Source of the DNA: a bacterium
GTDB taxonomy: Bacteria > Hinthialibacterota > Hinthialibacteria > Hinthialibacterales > Hinthialibacteraceae
Direction of reading: 5' to 3'
Assembly (NCBI GenBank): GCA_963662285.2
Contig: CAXXMV010000002.1
Coordinates: 416,001 to 480,000, forward strand
Length of the DNA: 64,000 nt
Shown: positions 1-7,862 of the stretch, one piece after another
Layout: each line of letters opens with the position of its first letter
Numbering within the stretch: the stretch's first letter is position 1
Made by a program: the position numbers and the translations under genes
Notes under the pieces: model-generated
What the model saw: only the letters and a program-made list of their open reading frames with translations
Told to the model about the DNA's origin: nothing
The model's database searches: none

Positions 1-13
1 TGGGAGGGATGTA

Positions 14-1441
14 ATGGTAAATCAGTACTTAATTAATGTGATTTATATGTATGTTTTGCTTTTCGCTTTAATTCCTGTGTCTTTTGCTCAGGATGCAGTG
101 AATATTCACAAAGTAACTGCTGTGGGTTGGGTTGACGTCGATTTGCCCTCTTTAGGGACGGGATTACCAGGCGGCGAGTTGGCCGTAAGCGTTAGATTTC
201 CCAAGGTAGCGCGATACTCTGACGGCGCTCCTACACTAATCTATGTTCCCGGAGGAACGACGCCCGGGAATAGTCTGGATTCATCTTTATCGCGTTACGC
301 CGATGATATAATTCTCGTCACATTTTTGTTCCCAGGTGGCTTTAGTATCACAGCTGGCCGTGAATCAGATGGAACCTATGATGATCGCGGTGAAAACTGC
401 ATCTTGGCGTTGCGCGATGTCATTCTCTTTGCGGCAGGGGAAAAGGCCGATAGTCTGGGACGAACTATTGATGATCTTTCTCCGGTTACCGTATTGCATA
501 ACAATGTCGGGCTATTAGGCTCCTCCAATGGAGGAAACATTGTGATCGCTGCACCTGCTTCGTATGGCGTCGATTTAGTAGATTACTTGAAATACATTAT
601 TCAGTGGGAATCCCCTGTTTGCAGCCAGTTCGCCACTACCAATCTTGGTGGAGTGCAAATTCTTTGTGGAGGTGATGATCAATACTGGCGCGTTGTCAAT
701 CCACGGTATCAAGCCTATGGATCGCTCGAAGTGGATATCGACTATAGCCAACTTGCATTTAATCCCTCTGGAGATAATAAGATATTCTTTGATGGCGATG
801 CAGATGGCGCCTATACGGTTAAAATTACCGGAGCGACTCCTTGTGTTACACCGGATGTGAATGGAGACGGCGTTCTCTCCAATAACGAAGATTTTGCTTT
901 GAGCGCCTACCAGGATGGAATCAAGGATGTTTATTCACGTCAAGCAACCAAGGCCTTTTTAGATTACGATATTTTTAATCTTTCCGATCCAGCGAATTCC
1001 TGGCCGCACTTTATCGCAACTCCCGCAGAAGCAGATGCTTATTGGGATATACGTGAAGCAGTGCGGATGTATCACGATGCATTTACGAACGTTCCATTGC
1101 TGGAAGGGATGGTGCTTGGAAGCGTGGTTGATCACGTACAAACCGCCCCGGATCATCCGCACATTCACCAGATGTTTGATGGATGGGATTATCATGGGAA
1201 ATGGATTCAGATTAATCCCAGTCCTTCTTATATGATAGAAGTATCACCCCTTATGATCCTTCGTACTGACCTGCCTGATAATACAGCCAATACGGAACCT
1301 GTGGATTGGACTGATTCGTCAGCCTATCTTATGGCGGAAGATATTTCTGATGACATTTACCAAATGGCTGCTATTTTACAGATGGCAGACCGGGCGCACG
1401 ATGCTGCTGCGACGGCTATCTCTGATTGGATGACCTTTTAG
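14..1441 (+). CDS. Secreted alpha/beta-hydrolase-fold protein with Dx[DN]xDG Ca-binding-like motifs and conserved C-terminal W motif
   Basis: GGAGG at 3-7 before the ATG; signal peptide ending VSFA-Q; PTLIYVPGG oxyanion-like strand; nucleophile elbow GLLGSSNGG; DGDADG and DVNGDG motifs; ends TAISDWMTF. Confidence 0.65.
   Translation: MVNQYLINVIYMYVLLFALIPVSFAQDAVNIHKVTAVGWVDVDLPSLGTGLPGGELAVSVRFPKVARYSDGAPTLIYVPGGTTPGNSLDSSLSRYADDIILVTFLFPGGFSITAGRESDGTYDDRGENCILALRDVILFAAGEKADSLGRTIDDLSPVTVLHNNVGLLGSSNGGNIVIAAPASYGVDLVDYLKYIIQWESPVCSQFATTNLGGVQILCGGDDQYWRVVNPRYQAYGSLEVDIDYSQLAFNPSGDNKIFFDGDADGAYTVKITGATPCVTPDVNGDGVLSNNEDFALSAYQDGIKDVYSRQATKAFLDYDIFNLSDPANSWPHFIATPAEADAYWDIREAVRMYHDAFTNVPLLEGMVLGSVVDHVQTAPDHPHIHQMFDGWDYHGKWIQINPSPSYMIEVSPLMILRTDLPDNTANTEPVDWTDSSAYLMAEDISDDIYQMAAILQMADRAHDAAATAISDWMTF
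1412..1441 (+). other. C-terminal motif copy 1 (TAISDWMTF*)
   Basis: Matches [TV]x[VI]x[DEN]Wxx[YFH]-stop, shared with three other secreted proteins. Confidence 0.75.
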
Positions 1442-1478
1442 GGTGAATCGGATTTGGCCTTCATTGAATCTGCGTTAT

Positions 1479-1509
1479 AAAAAAAAGCCCCCGGAAAGGG
1501 GGCTTTTTT
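1479..1509. terminator. Bidirectional intrinsic terminator
   Basis: A8-GCCCCC-GGAAA-GGGGGC-T6 between convergent genes. Confidence 0.9.
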
Positions 1510-1530
1510 AGAATGCATCAGTGGTTTTCT

Positions 1531-1560
1531 CTAATGAATCATCCACTCTTTTACATCTGT
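1531..1560 (-). other. C-terminal motif copy 2 (TDVKEWMIH*)
   Basis: Matches the shared motif; preceded by a GGPP linker. Confidence 0.75.
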
Positions 1561-3060
1561 TGGCGGGCCGCCTAGGATCAATACGCCGTAACTGGATTCT
1601 ACGTGTGGAGTACCCTGCCAACGCAGTTGATAGTCGGGTTCAGTGCCGCCTTCATCGTCATCGTTTACTGTGAAAGTGATGCCGATTGGACCAGTACCAA
1701 CGATCATTTCCTTTTTGAAACGTATTTCTCCAACCCATCCGGTATCGGTAATGGTGGCCCAACCCCACCAATCTTCATTATCCGTGTCGCCGATGAGCGG
1801 ACTGTTAGTGGTATTTGCATCCCGTGTGGCGTTGCCTGCAGTTAAGACAAACTGGCCTTCAATTAGATCTGCGCTGCCATAGCGGTTGTTGCTGGTATCT
1901 GCGCCATGATCCAGATCCTGATCGATGAATACCTCCATAGAGTCGTCATGCCATGTGTTGGCGTTATGCGATCCCTCCGGTTCGGTGTCGTGAAGAACTG
2001 TTTGATCTAAAACATCTGCAGCAACATATAACCAAACATCATCATGCATTGTGTAAATAGTGAATGATATATCACCTTCTAAAGCGGGCATGATGTCTTC
2101 AATTAAGATTCCACTCTTTGGCGTTATGGTTTCTGATGCAGCTAAACTCCAATCGGCTTCATCCATCACACCGTCAATAGTTACTGGTCCGTTGACAAGG
2201 GGCGCTGTGATTTCACGAGGACCAAAATAAAGCGTTCCATAAGTGGATTCCACATGCGCTAATCCGCACCACCTCAGTTGATAGCGGGGATCTGCGTCAT
2301 CGTCATCATCATTAATTGCTATATTGAAACCAATCGAAGAGCCTTTGGAGGGATTCCCGATGATGGAAAGTTTGATCTTGAATTCAACATCATAGCCATT
2401 GTCGGTTAATTCAGCGCGTCCATACCAGTCTGCATCTTCTCCAAAAGTGGGATTGCCCGCTTCGTTATCACGCCGGGCGTTAACTGCTGTTATAACGAAT
2501 TGCCCGCCAGTAGCGAATTCACGCGCCTGATCATCCGCCGATGCTTGAGTAAGCGATGTTTCGAATTTGCTGTTGTCGCCATCGATAAATATTTCTACTG
2601 AATCATCATTCCATGTGGATTCATCTTCACTGTCAGGAGCGGCGTCATTGTATGCAACGAAATCGTCCAACACTCGCACAGCGATATAAAGGTATTCTTC
2701 ATCATAGGCGGTATAAACTGTACAAGAGCAATCAGCGGTGCTATATGGGACGTCATCGGGGATATTTGAATCAACCAATCCACTCTGGATTACTCCTTCA
2801 TCGTCTAAGCCTATGTCCCATAGGATTGACCAAAAAGAGCCTGACGCGCCGGAACTGGTGGCGGAAAACTGCCACTCTATATCATCTATGTATCCATCAA
2901 CAATTGGCGTCAGCATTCCCTGGTCTGCGAAGAACGAAACCGGCTCAGTGACTTCAAAAGGAAACTCCGCGCAGAATACGGGAAGCGCTGAGATGCCAAG
3001 TAGAATCATGCATACTGTCAGGCTGCTTAATCTTTGATATAAAGTAAATTTCATAATCAT
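1531..3060 (-). CDS. Secreted acidic protein with two tandem CBM9-like (DOMON-type) sugar-binding domains
   Basis: Signal peptide; repeated motifs VDGYIDDIEW/IDGVMDEADW, WNDDSVEIFID/WHDDSMEVFID, IGFNIAINDDD/IGITFTVNDDD, YQLRW..HVES.YG; ends TDVKEWMIH. Confidence 0.8.
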   Translation of the reverse strand: MIMKFTLYQRLSSLTVCMILLGISALPVFCAEFPFEVTEPVSFFADQGMLTPIVDGYIDDIEWQFSATSSGASGSFWSILWDIGLDDEGVIQSGLVDSNIPDDVPYSTADCSCTVYTAYDEEYLYIAVRVLDDFVAYNDAAPDSEDESTWNDDSVEIFIDGDNSKFETSLTQASADDQAREFATGGQFVITAVNARRDNEAGNPTFGEDADWYGRAELTDNGYDVEFKIKLSIIGNPSKGSSIGFNIAINDDDDDADPRYQLRWCGLAHVESTYGTLYFGPREITAPLVNGPVTIDGVMDEADWSLAASETITPKSGILIEDIMPALEGDISFTIYTMHDDVWLYVAADVLDQTVLHDTEPEGSHNANTWHDDSMEVFIDQDLDHGADTSNNRYGSADLIEGQFVLTAGNATRDANTTNSPLIGDTDNEDWWGWATITDTGWVGEIRFKKEMIVGTGPIGITFTVNDDDEGGTEPDYQLRWQGTPHVESSYGVLILGGPPTDVKEWMIH

Positions 3061-3202
3061 CCTCCAAATTCATTGAAATGATGCGAAAGAATTCGCATAA
3101 TCAAATATTTCATACTTTTTTTTATAAGTCAACGGAGGTTAGGAGAAATATAAACAAATTATTGTTTTTATTTATATATGTAGATGCGTTAAAAAAACAG
3201 AC

Positions 3203-3237
3203 AAAAAAATCCCCTTTCTATAGGGGGTGAAAGGGGA
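3203..3237 (-). terminator. Intrinsic terminator of the 109-aa gene
   Basis: 9-bp stem TCCCCTTTC (3210-3218)/GAAAGGGGA (3229-3237) followed by T7 on the minus strand. Confidence 0.8.
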
Positions 3238-3254
3238 GAAATAGGGGGTGAAAG
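3220..3254. repeat. 14-bp direct repeat ATAGGGGGTGAAAG x2
   Basis: Identical copies at 3220-3233 and 3241-3254; a partial third G5 copy at about 3257-3268. Confidence 0.8.
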
Positions 3255-3339
3255 AATTGGGGGTTGAGTGATCCAATTCGTTTGTGAGCTTTTTTTAAGA
3301 ATTGCTCTGAAAGAGCATGTTTAGCACATTACGATTAAT

Positions 3340-3669
3340 TTAATTTGCGATAATCTTAGATGTTGAGGCTGAGTCGGCGTATTGTTTGCGTAATTCAAGA
3401 AGTGATTTTTGAACCTCTTCCAATCTCGACTGATATTGAGGTATTTCCTGAGATACTATATCCATCATTCCGTAATCGCGATTGCGGATATTGGTTAATT
3501 TTACATCGTCGAGCACCAGAACCATCGCTTCAAGGAATTCAGCTTTATCGATTAGCCGTTTTTCCATCTGCACCCAATGATCGCCAGCGGTTTTGATGCG
3601 ATCAGTATAGCGAGTTGATGTTGTTTTGATATCTTCGGATTTGGTTGGGAATGTCAGGATGGTAGCCAT
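3340..3669 (-). CDS. Hypothetical helical/coiled-coil protein (109 aa)
   Basis: ATG with upstream GAGG; own promoter and terminator; heptad-like C-terminal half; no family recognised. Confidence 0.7.
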   Translation of the reverse strand: MATILTFPTKSEDIKTTSTRYTDRIKTAGDHWVQMEKRLIDKAEFLEAMVLVLDDVKLTNIRNRDYGMMDIVSQEIPQYQSRLEEVQKSLLELRKQYADSASTSKIIAN

Positions 3670-3709
3670 GTTAATTAACGCCTCGTTTTCTAATATGCTT
3701 AACTAGAAA

Positions 3710-3725
3710 AGCAATGGGCGTGCCA
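3710..3725 (-). promoter_or_regulatory. Sigma54 (RpoN) -24/-12 promoter
   Basis: Minus strand reads TGGCACGCCCATTGCT = TGGCACG-N4-TTGCW consensus, 40 nt upstream of the ATG at 3669. Confidence 0.85.
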
Positions 3726-3858
3726 TCTTGGTAATCATTATTTATATCTTGATTTTATTGAATTTGAGTGAAAAGGTTGTTGGATTTGAAGGGAAAGAAA
3801 GTTCTCTTTACCAGATATCGGCAGAGAACATTTTGCCGGAGCGTGCTGCTTTATCGCC

Positions 3859-4212
3859 TTAATCGTCTAGTCCAGGTTTTCTTCTCAACTGTTTTTTTAA
3901 TGAGATTTGCTTTTTTTGAGTGAGTCTCTTTATATGGACTTTTCCGGGGATGGATGTTGGCACTCTAGGGCGGCGCCTGAAATAATAACTTTGCAGTTTT
4001 TGACGCAATAGTTCTAATGCAATCTGTTTATTTCGATATTGGTAGCGCTCTCTCTGGCAGGTGACAGTAATTCCAGAGGGGCGGTGTCTAAGCCGAACAG
4101 CTGTTTCCCGTCGGTTGACGTTCTGTCCCCCCTTGCCGCTGGAGCAGTAGGTATCAACATTGCATTGAGCAAGCAACTCGTCATTATCTGAGGGAATTCT
4201 TGATGAAATCAT
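3859..4212 (-). CDS. arfB: ArfB/YaeJ-like peptidyl-tRNA hydrolase (ribosome rescue, RF-1 GGQ domain)
   Basis: [22 protein letters not shown]; basic tail RVPT...[17 protein letters not shown]; start reassigned to ATG 4212, which overlaps the rnd stop (ATGA). Confidence 0.75.
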   Translation of the reverse strand: MISSRIPSDNDELLAQCNVDTYCSSGKGGQNVNRRETAVRLRHRPSGITVTCQRERYQYRNKQIALELLRQKLQSYYFRRRPRVPTSIPGKVHIKRLTQKKQISLKKQLRRKPGLDD

Positions 4213-5363
4213 TTTTTGTTTTCCAGAATATTGACAATTGAAGGCAGTAAAATCTCTGCTTGCCACTGCATCATGGGGCTGCATTCCATAATATTTTTTA
4301 CTGTAGTAGGCCGGTTGTGCGCGATAGCGGTGATAGCGGCGCGCGTGGCGAGAACGGAAGGAGGAATGCCCAGTTTTTCGGCAATTTTTCCACTTTGATT
4401 TAATAAAGCGTTGACTTCTTCCTTGCAATTGGGTAAGGGAGAAGAACTGCGGGGCAGTTTCCGGATTTCGGGCCATTCCGATTCAGGTAAATTGTTGGCT
4501 TTTTGTATGGCTTTCTCAAGATATATCAGCCGATTACCTGAGCAATTGCGCGGAAGACGCGGACCACCTTTCAAGGTGGGATGGGATTGTGATGTAACCC
4601 AATGAACGATATCTAATATTGTATGGTTGCCGATGATCTTAAATGGAGGCAGGTCGACCATTTGGGCTTCATTTTCTCGCCAATGCCAAATTTCATGCAA
4701 AAAAGCCATCTGGCGCCGATTTAAGTAACGAACCCCTTTGATTCGCCATGCTTTTTCAATATCTCTTGGTTTATCGATTGCAGTAGCTTGTACAACTCTT
4801 TCGCACGCTTCCTTATGCCATTCAATGCGCTTTTGTTCGATCAATTCTCTTTCAAGATGTTTTGCTAATGGAACAAGGTAATGGGTATCCTCATAGGCGT
4901 ACTTCAGTTGTTTTGGAGTTAGAGGACGTTTAGACCAATTGGTTTTCTTGCCTAAATTATCTAAATCCTTATTAAAGAGCATCTTAACCAAAGGAGAAAA
5001 CCCAAATTCGCTGTATCCTAAAATCTGAGCGGCGAGCATGGTGTCGAACACCGGCTTATTGGGCCGGAAATCAAAGGATGATCTCAACATGCGTAAATCG
5101 TAATCGGCGCCATGAAATATCAGATGCTTGTCAGATATAATTTTTAAAAACGAAGATAAATCCAGTTTGGATAATGGATCGATAATAAAGTTTTCATTAT
5201 TTATAGTTAACTGAATCAGGCAGACTTTGGCGTAATAATGATGAAGACTGTCGGCTTCAGTATCTAATGCGATTCTCTTTACTTTTCTTATTTGGTTGAT
5301 AAGTTCATCAAGAGCATCGTCGGTATCAATGTATTTAAATTGGTTTTCTTCCTGGGTACCCAA
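4209..5363 (-). CDS. rnd: Ribonuclease D (DEDD exonuclease plus HRDC)
   Basis: [43 protein letters not shown]; [20 protein letters not shown]. Confidence 0.9.
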   Translation of the reverse strand: MGTQEENQFKYIDTDDALDELINQIRKVKRIALDTEADSLHHYYAKVCLIQLTINNENFIIDPLSKLDLSSFLKIISDKHLIFHGADYDLRMLRSSFDFRPNKPVFDTMLAAQILGYSEFGFSPLVKMLFNKDLDNLGKKTNWSKRPLTPKQLKYAYEDTHYLVPLAKHLERELIEQKRIEWHKEACERVVQATAIDKPRDIEKAWRIKGVRYLNRRQMAFLHEIWHWRENEAQMVDLPPFKIIGNHTILDIVHWVTSQSHPTLKGGPRLPRNCSGNRLIYLEKAIQKANNLPESEWPEIRKLPRSSSPLPNCKEEVNALLNQSGKIAEKLGIPPSVLATRAAITAIAHNRPTTVKNIMECSPMMQWQAEILLPSIVNILENKK

Positions 5364-5412
5364 ACTAATTCAATCCTCCCTGCCGAAGAAATTAGTGATT
5401 TTAAGATTAACC

Positions 5413-5517
5413 TTATTCTTTTTTGGATTTCTTACTTTTATTCTTTTTCTTCTTCTTTTTGGTTTTACACAATTTGGTGCAAATACCTTTATCATCGCAT
5501 AACTTACATCCGCTCAT
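5413..5517 (-). CDS. Small Cys4/poly-Lys peptide, 34 aa (MSGCKLCDDKGICTKLCKTKKKKKKNKSKKSKKE)
   Basis: Read by hand, below the ORF-track cutoff; ATG at 5517, TAA at 5413-5415, GGTGA upstream; lies directly upstream of rnd on the same strand. Confidence 0.6.
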   Translation of the reverse strand: MSGCKLCDDKGICTKLCKTKKKKKKNKSKKSKKE

Positions 5518-5739
5518 GCTTATTCACCAGTAAATATTGTAATTAAGAAATAATATATCAAAATTATACTACTGGTTTCTCATCTAGGAAGCATGATTGG
5601 AGATGGTTTCATTAAAAATATAGGGCGATGGGTTAATTTCGTGTTACCTTCACTCTCAACCCTGAATCCATCGTTGTTTCTGTATTATGCTTATAATCAA
5701 GAAAGAAAGCAACTTTACCAAGCATGGAGGGAAGTGGAA

Positions 5740-7848
5740 ATGATTATTTATTCACACTCAATTAAAAAGTTGAAACTCAATTATTTATTAAGGGTATTTG
5801 CGATTTTTTCAATATTATCATTCATTTCCATAGGATCGTGCACTGCTGAACAAGAGTACTCTTTGGATGGTGATTGGCTTTTTAAGCTCGACCAGACAGA
5901 TAAAGGATTAAGCGATAAATGGTTTAATACACAGCATGACCTGTCGTCATGGGAGCATGTAACTATCCCTCATACCTGGCAGGTTGAATCCGGGAAAGAA
6001 GATTATTATGGAGTCGCCTGGTATAGCCGGACGGTAGCGGGGGATTTATCCTGGCGAGAAAAAATAATCCGGTTAGAATTTGATGCTGTATATCGTGATA
6101 CTATGGTTTGGGTAAATGGAAAGAAGATAGGCGACCATATCGGCAGTGGTTGGACTCCATTCGCATTTTCTATAACGGAATTTTGGAATCATAGCGGCGA
6201 TAATATAATCACGGTTAGGGTTGATAACCAGTTTTCTAAAAAGGCTTTGCCTTATTTGCGTTCATCTGATTGGGCGGCGGATGGAGGGATTATCCGCAGC
6301 GTTCGTCTTAAAATATTACCTCGCGCATATATTGAGAGTATTATGGTTCAATCTATCCCGAATCAAGATAACTCTTCAGCCAAACTTGATGCGCGTATTA
6401 AGTCTATCACTCCTATTGGCGACAGTCGATCCTATTCTTTGTTTGTTTCTGTTTTTAACCCGTTAGGCAATATTCAGTCTTCTTCTCAGGTCGCGTTCGA
6501 CGAAACTACTCCGGGGATGCTATCAGCTAATATTGCTCAAGTTATTCAATCGCCAATATTATGGCATTTTGATCAACCAAGACTTTACCGTATGGTGGTT
6601 CGTTTGCTTGCAGGCGGTGAAATAATACATCAACGCGAAACCCGTTTTGGCGTCCGTTCCATTGAATTAAAAGATGGTTTTATCTTTCTTAATGGAGAAG
6701 CTATGCGCCTTATGGGCGTCGAATGGATGCCGGGCAGCGATCCGCGCTATGGTATGGCCGAGTCTCCCCGATTTATGCGTGATATCCTGGCTGATATGAA
6801 AGAACTTAATTGCATTATCACCCGATTTCATTGGCAGCAGGATCAATCGGTTTTCGAATTCTGCGATAACAATGGAATGCTAGTACAGGAAGAAGTTCCT
6901 TCTTGGGGAGGTAAAACCATGGAAGGAGATTTCTCTGGCATCCAGTCGATGCATACTCGGGAAATGATTGAACCTCATTACAATCATCCCTCTATATATG
7001 CTTGGGGGCTTTGCAATGAAATTGGCGGCCAGAGCAAGGCGGCCCATAAGTTTATTAGTGACGGCATTACTCTGGCGCGGGAGATTGATCCCTATCGGCC
7101 TTTGACTTATGCATCAAATTCGCTGCAAAATAATCACGGGGAAGATGCTTCTAAGTTACTGGATTTTTTGGAATGGAATGATTATTACGAATCCTGGTAT
7201 GGTGGATCGGTTCGAGACGCTGAATCTAACCTGGAAAAAATCGCCAAGGCTTATCCCGGTAAATCGTTGATTGTGTCTGAATATGGTCTTTGTGAATGTG
7301 ATCCCAAAAATCCAACCAGCGACGAGCGGCGTATTGAGATATTAAAAACCCATACGGACGTCTATCGTAAATCACCACTTGTAGCGGGCGCCATCTTCTT
7401 TGATTATAACGATTATCGCACCCATATTGGAGATAAAGGACAAGGATCGTTTCAGCAGCGCGTTCATGGAGTAGTCGATCTTCAGGGTAGAAGAAAACCA
7501 TCCTGGGAAGCGCTGAAGCGTGAATCGTCTCCTATTCGTTCCATCTCCATCAGCGATCCCCGGACAATGGATTCCAAGACCAGCGCTTCGGTTGAAATAT
7601 TGACCCGTTCATTGGAAAACGATCTTCCGGCGTACACTCTTCGTGGATATTTATTAACATGGGTGGCTTATGATTCTAATGATCTGCCTTTAGGAACCGG
7701 AAAAAAAGTTTTGCCTGATATCTCGCCGGGAACCAGACATCAAGTCAAAATTGAATGGCCCAAAATAGATGCTCTTAGCCGTATTCGCGTGGATGTCTAT
7801 CGTCCTACGGGATATTCAGTATCCGGCGCTGACTGGAAAACTAAATAA
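5740..7848 (+). CDS. Glycoside hydrolase family 2 (beta-galactosidase/beta-glucuronidase-like), exported
   Basis: SLDGDWLF, LEFDAV..VWVNGKKIG.H.G..TPF, RFGVRSIE, NHPSIYAWGLCNE (acid/base), IVSEYG (nucleophile); likely start ATG 5740. Confidence 0.9.
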   Translation: MIIYSHSIKKLKLNYLLRVFAIFSILSFISIGSCTAEQEYSLDGDWLFKLDQTDKGLSDKWFNTQHDLSSWEHVTIPHTWQVESGKEDYYGVAWYSRTVAGDLSWREKIIRLEFDAVYRDTMVWVNGKKIGDHIGSGWTPFAFSITEFWNHSGDNIITVRVDNQFSKKALPYLRSSDWAADGGIIRSVRLKILPRAYIESIMVQSIPNQDNSSAKLDARIKSITPIGDSRSYSLFVSVFNPLGNIQSSSQVAFDETTPGMLSANIAQVIQSPILWHFDQPRLYRMVVRLLAGGEIIHQRETRFGVRSIELKDGFIFLNGEAMRLMGVEWMPGSDPRYGMAESPRFMRDILADMKELNCIITRFHWQQDQSVFEFCDNNGMLVQEEVPSWGGKTMEGDFSGIQSMHTREMIEPHYNHPSIYAWGLCNEIGGQSKAAHKFISDGITLAREIDPYRPLTYASNSLQNNHGEDASKLLDFLEWNDYYESWYGGSVRDAESNLEKIAKAYPGKSLIVSEYGLCECDPKNPTSDERRIEILKTHTDVYRKSPLVAGAIFFDYNDYRTHIGDKGQGSFQQRVHGVVDLQGRRKPSWEALKRESSPIRSISISDPRTMDSKTSASVEILTRSLENDLPAYTLRGYLLTWVAYDSNDLPLGTGKKVLPDISPGTRHQVKIEWPKIDALSRIRVDVYRPTGYSVSGADWKTK

Positions 7849-7862
7849 AGGATTATCAATCA

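Noticed and set aside
3220-3268. Direct repeats as a possible CRISPR or iteron array
   Set aside because: Only two 14-bp copies with a 7-bp gap, and no cas or rep genes.
4213-4476. N-terminal extension of the ArfB-like ORF in the track
   Set aside because: It overlaps rnd out of frame; the ATGA-coupled start at 4212 gives a normal-size protein.
7816-7848. GH2 C-terminus SVSGADWKTK has DW at -5/-4 like the shared motif
   Set aside because: Gly at -7 and Lys at -1 break the pattern; treated as chance.
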